Origin: an uncultured delta proteobacterium
GTDB lineage: Bacteria > Desulfobacterota > Binatia > Binatales > Binataceae
DNA length: 64,000 nt
Assembly (NCBI GenBank): GCA_963699705.1
Contig: CAVOUW010000003.1
Span: 2,161,776 to 2,225,775 of the forward strand
Direction of reading: 5' to 3'
Shown: one piece after another, positions 60,820-64,000 of the stretch
Layout: the number at the start of each line of letters is the position of its first letter
Position numbering within the stretch: the first letter of the stretch is position 1
The notes under the pieces: model-generated
Database searches by the model: none
The model's input: the letters and a program-made list of their open reading frames with translations, nothing else
Told to the model about the DNA's origin: nothing
Program-made: the position numbers and the translations under genes

Positions 60820-62066
60820 TCGGCCAGCACCGCTCCTTTAATCGGTGAGCCGCCCGTCAGCGACGAATAGTTGCTGCCAATCGACGAGTTGCCGCTGACG
60901 CTCAGTTGATTCGCCACTACAATGCTGTAGCCGCTGGTGCTGCTGTTTCCGCCGAAGGTAACCGTTGTCGTCGGGAAGTAGAGCGCCCCATCGAAAGTCG
61001 AAGTGGAATTTCCGGTGATCGTGCTGCCTGCGGCAGTGCCCGGGATCGAGCGATCCTGAAAAAACAGGATTCCCACCAGCGGCCCCGAAGTCGGCGCGCT
61101 TAGGTTTGCTGTGCTGGTGCCGCTGAACGAAATTGCCCCGTATCCTCCCGTCCCCGTCGTGTTGTAAAAGGTGATCCCCGTGCCGGTCATTGTCGTGTTG
61201 GAGTTTATGCTCATTCCCCCACCGGCCAGCACGTAAGTTCCCGCGTTGAAATTCAGCACCGCATTCCCGTGGATCGTGATGCCGCCACAGTAGGTGCCGG
61301 AGTAGAGCTGGTAGGGACTGGCGCTGGTGCCGTTGTTTCCGCTCAGCGAAAAATTGGTGTGCGCACATGAGCCGACCGTCGGCGCAGAGACGTAGGCCAG
61401 CGGATCGGACGCCGCTATCACCCCGGTCTTCGGCGTCGGCGTTAGGCTCGTGCTGCCGCCGGCGCTGTATCCTCCAACCACACCGATGGTCGGCGCAGTG
61501 ATCGAGACGTTGCCCACTACCGACAAACCAGTCGAGGAACTCGAGTCCACCAGCAATCCGCAGCCGCTGTTAACGGTGACATTGCCGTTGGCCGAGAACG
61601 CCCCCGATGCGGACGGATTCAACACGTAAATGCAGTTCGGACCGTTGCCCTCATAAGCAACCGCGCGCGCCGATACCGTCATCGTGCTGACTCCGAGCAC
61701 GCGCAGAAAATAGGTCGGCTCGGGCTTGCTGACGGTCGCCTCGACGTAGGCTGAGTTCGCCGCGTTCGGTCCGGTACTGGGCGGATTGTTAATCGCCACC
61801 GTGACACTGCTGGCGCCGTCGGTGTATCCATTGCTGGCCGCGTCCGCTTTGCCCGCGACCACCTGGTCGCCATAGGCCAATTCCTCTGAACCCGCCATCG
61901 CTGCGCTATCCGCCGCCGTCTGCATCATGTTCTTTTGATGCTGCATGAAGCTGAAGTCGGTGACGACGCCGATCATTCCGATCATCGCGATCAGCGAGAC
62001 GCAGATCAGCACTATCGCCTGTCCGCGACCACTCGCCGCTAACGCCATCTTGTTCTTTGTATTCAT
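60816..62066 (-). CDS. TadG-like protein (Tad_N domain plus a Gly/Ser/Thr-rich beta-helical body)
   Basis: GQAIVLICVSLIAMIGMIGVVTDFSFMQHQKNMMQTAADSAAMAGSEEL (Tad_N), then a repetitive GxGxT/S-rich region. Confidence 0.7.
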   Translation of the reverse strand: MNTKNKMALAASGRGQAIVLICVSLIAMIGMIGVVTDFSFMQHQKNMMQTAADSAAMAGSEELAYGDQVVAGKADAASNGYTDGASSVTVAINNPPSTGPNAANSAYVEATVSKPEPTYFLRVLGVSTMTVSARAVAYEGNGPNCIYVLNPSASGAFSANGNVTVNSGCGLLVDSSSSTGLSVVGNVSITAPTIGVVGGYSAGGSTSLTPTPKTGVIAASDPLAYVSAPTVGSCAHTNFSLSGNNGTSASPYQLYSGTYCGGITIHGNAVLNFNAGTYVLAGGGMSINSNTTMTGTGITFYNTTGTGGYGAISFSGTSTANLSAPTSGPLVGILFFQDRSIPGTAAGSTITGNSTSTFDGALYFPTTTVTFGGNSSTSGYSIVVANQLSVSGNSSIGSNYSSLTGGSPIKGAVLAE

Positions 62067-63298
62067 TCGGCCAGTATGGTTCCCCTTATCGGCGAGCCGC
62101 CGGTTAACGAGCTGTAGTTGCTGCCAATAGTCGAATTGCCGCTCAGCGAGATCATGTCGGCGACCACGATGTTGTAGCCGTTGAGGCTGCTGCTGCCGCT
62201 GTAGGTGAGCGTTGTGGTCGGGAAGTACAGCGCGCCGTCGAAGGTCGAAGTCGAATTCCCGCTCACCGTGCTGCCATCAGCACTGCTTGGTATTGAGCGA
62301 TCCTGAAAAAACAGGATTCCCGTCAGCGGTCCCGAGGTCGGCGCGCTGAAATTCGCGGTCGAACCTCCGGTCAGGTTGATCGCCTTGTAACCGCCGGTTC
62401 CAGTGGTGTTGTAAAAAGTAATCCCGGTTCCCGCCATCGTCGGGCCGCCATTGGTGGTGAGCCCGCCACCCGCGAGTACATAAGTCCCTGCATTGAAATT
62501 CGTGTAGCCATTGCTGATCTTGATGCCGCCGCAATACGTCCCCGGATAAAGCTGGTAGTAAGTTGTGCTGGATCCGTTGTTGTTCACCGAAAAATTGGTA
62601 TGGGCGCATGATCCGACCGTCGGCGCCTGCACGTAGGCCAGCGGATCGGACGCCGCTATCACTCCGGTCTTCGGCGTCGGCGTAAAGCTCGCGCTCCCGC
62701 CAGACGTGTAGCCGCCGACCACGCCGATCGCCGGCGCCGTAATTGTGGCGCTGCCGCTGAGCGTCAAGGCAGTCGAGGAGTTGGAATCGATCATCACGCC
62801 GCATCCGCTCGAGACGCTCGAGCTGCCGCTGCCCGACAACGCGCTCGACGCCGTCGGATCCATCACGTAGATGCAGTTGGGGCCGTTGCCTTCGTACGCG
62901 ACCGCGCGCACCGACACGGTCATCGTGTTGATTCCAATCACGCTCAGAAAATACGTCGGCTCGGGCTTGCTGATAGTCGCCTCGACGTACGCCGTGTTTG
63001 AAGTATTCGGTCCGGTGCTCGGTGGATTGTTGATCGCTATCGTCACGCTGCCGGCGCCGTCGGTGTATCCATTTTTCGCCGCGTCAGTCTTCCCCGCCGC
63101 CACCTGGTCGCCGTAACTCAGCTCCTCCGCGCCCGCCATCGCCGCGCTATCCGCCGCCGTCTGCATCATGTTTCGTTGATGCTGCAAAAAGCTGAAGTCG
63201 GCGACGACCGCGATCATTCCCATCAGCGCAAACACCGCGACGCACACCAGCAGCATCACCTGCCCGCTCGGATTCGCGGACACCGTAAGCACTTTCAT
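62063..63298 (-). CDS. TadG-like protein, tandem paralog of the preceding gene
   Basis: MKVLTVSANPSGQVMLLVCVAVFALMGMIAVVADFSFLQHQRNMMQTAADSAAMAGAEEL. Over 70% identical to the neighbour throughout. ATG at 63296..63298. The ORF opens at 63394. Confidence 0.7.
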   Translation of the reverse strand: MKVLTVSANPSGQVMLLVCVAVFALMGMIAVVADFSFLQHQRNMMQTAADSAAMAGAEELSYGDQVAAGKTDAAKNGYTDGAGSVTIAINNPPSTGPNTSNTAYVEATISKPEPTYFLSVIGINTMTVSVRAVAYEGNGPNCIYVMDPTASSALSGSGSSSVSSGCGVMIDSNSSTALTLSGSATITAPAIGVVGGYTSGGSASFTPTPKTGVIAASDPLAYVQAPTVGSCAHTNFSVNNNGSSTTYYQLYPGTYCGGIKISNGYTNFNAGTYVLAGGGLTTNGGPTMAGTGITFYNTTGTGGYKAINLTGGSTANFSAPTSGPLTGILFFQDRSIPSSADGSTVSGNSTSTFDGALYFPTTTLTYSGSSSLNGYNIVVADMISLSGNSTIGSNYSSLTGGSPIRGTILAE

Positions 63299-64000
63299 TG
63301 CGCCACCCCGCGCAAGTGCTTTGGGATCGGCTGGCGTATAGCTGCTGCGCATTTTCGATTCTGCTCCAAGGGAACAGAGCACCGCCCGTGCCATCCGATT
63401 CCCCCGCCAAATCGCATCGCGCAGGCACCCACGTGTCTCAGGCTGACTCCGAAGTGTCCGGTTGTGATGCTGGCTGAGAAACTAACGTTCGTTAGACATG
63501 CGTGACAACTGGGGTAAAATCCGCACCGAACTGCGATCAGTCCTGCTTATGCAGATTTGAGCTAACGCTGCTTACAGCGACATACACCTTGCTCTTTGGA
63601 ACTGCATCGAAAACAGCATAAGTCCCATCAGCACAATAATACTAATGTTCTTACGCGTCGCCGATCGAAAAGGCTCGAGCGCTGCGGCCTCCACTACCGT
63701 GAAATGCCGAAACAGTCGGCCACTGCTCAGCACTTTTCACAGATCAGCCGCTAGTATCGGTACTTAAACGATCGTTCAAGTGACTAAAAGGTATTCAATA
63801 GTCGTTCTTTTCGGGCGCACCAGGGATCGACAAACCAGACGCCAGTTCATTAATAAAACTAATTCACTAGTGCTACCAAATCGCGGCACGCGACAAATGT
63901 CATTGACGATTTTGAGCCAGCGGCTCTAATGTCGGATCAGGGAAAAGACCGCGGCCATGAGCCGCTCGGGAGGCTATCGTATGCGTAGGCAGAAAACTTT

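Overview
This is a high-GC (about 63-66%) chromosomal segment from a Gram-negative-type bacterium (AsmA, PstS, Tad pilins and outer-membrane lipoproteins are present). It spans the replication-origin neighbourhood: dnaA (37834..39258, -) and dnaN (36451..37593, -). Upstream of dnaA lies a putative oriC with a perfect inverted pair of DnaA boxes (TTATCCACAccTGTGGATAA) and an AT-rich array of GATC-containing 13-mer-like repeats. Housekeeping genes read cleanly: pyrD (partial), thyX, rdgB, ddl, guaB, fabI, gloB, uvrD-like helicase, hemL, atpZ-atpI-atpB-atpE (a split F0 operon), mutS2, a methylcrotonyl/propionyl-CoA carboxylase beta subunit, fumC, ferredoxin, dsbA and a peroxiredoxin. Accessory content comprises: (i) a MoxR-AAA+/VWA(CoxE-like)/DUF309 module next to thyX; (ii) an MscS channel fused to a cNMP-binding domain; (iii) a prokaryotic pentameric ligand-gated ion channel next to a DUF2585 membrane protein; (iv) two tandem paralogous lipoproteins; (v) a low-GC fatty-acid desaturase flanked by inverted copies of an intergenic repeat; (vi) a 34-aa lysine-rich ORF with a strong RBS; (vii) a Tad minor-pilin cluster (2 TadE-like, 2 tandem TadG-like). 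There are two families of short GC-rich hairpin repeats plus one 188-bp nested palindromic (MITE-like) element. The most striking sequence-level observation is a run of apparent single-base frameshifts confined to accessory genes (pstS, two CaiB-type CoA-transferases, yyaL twice, a GT39 glycosyltransferase, an acyltransferase-3). All long housekeeping ORFs are intact, so these are either genuine pseudogenes or localized assembly indels. No rRNA, tRNA or CRISPR was found.
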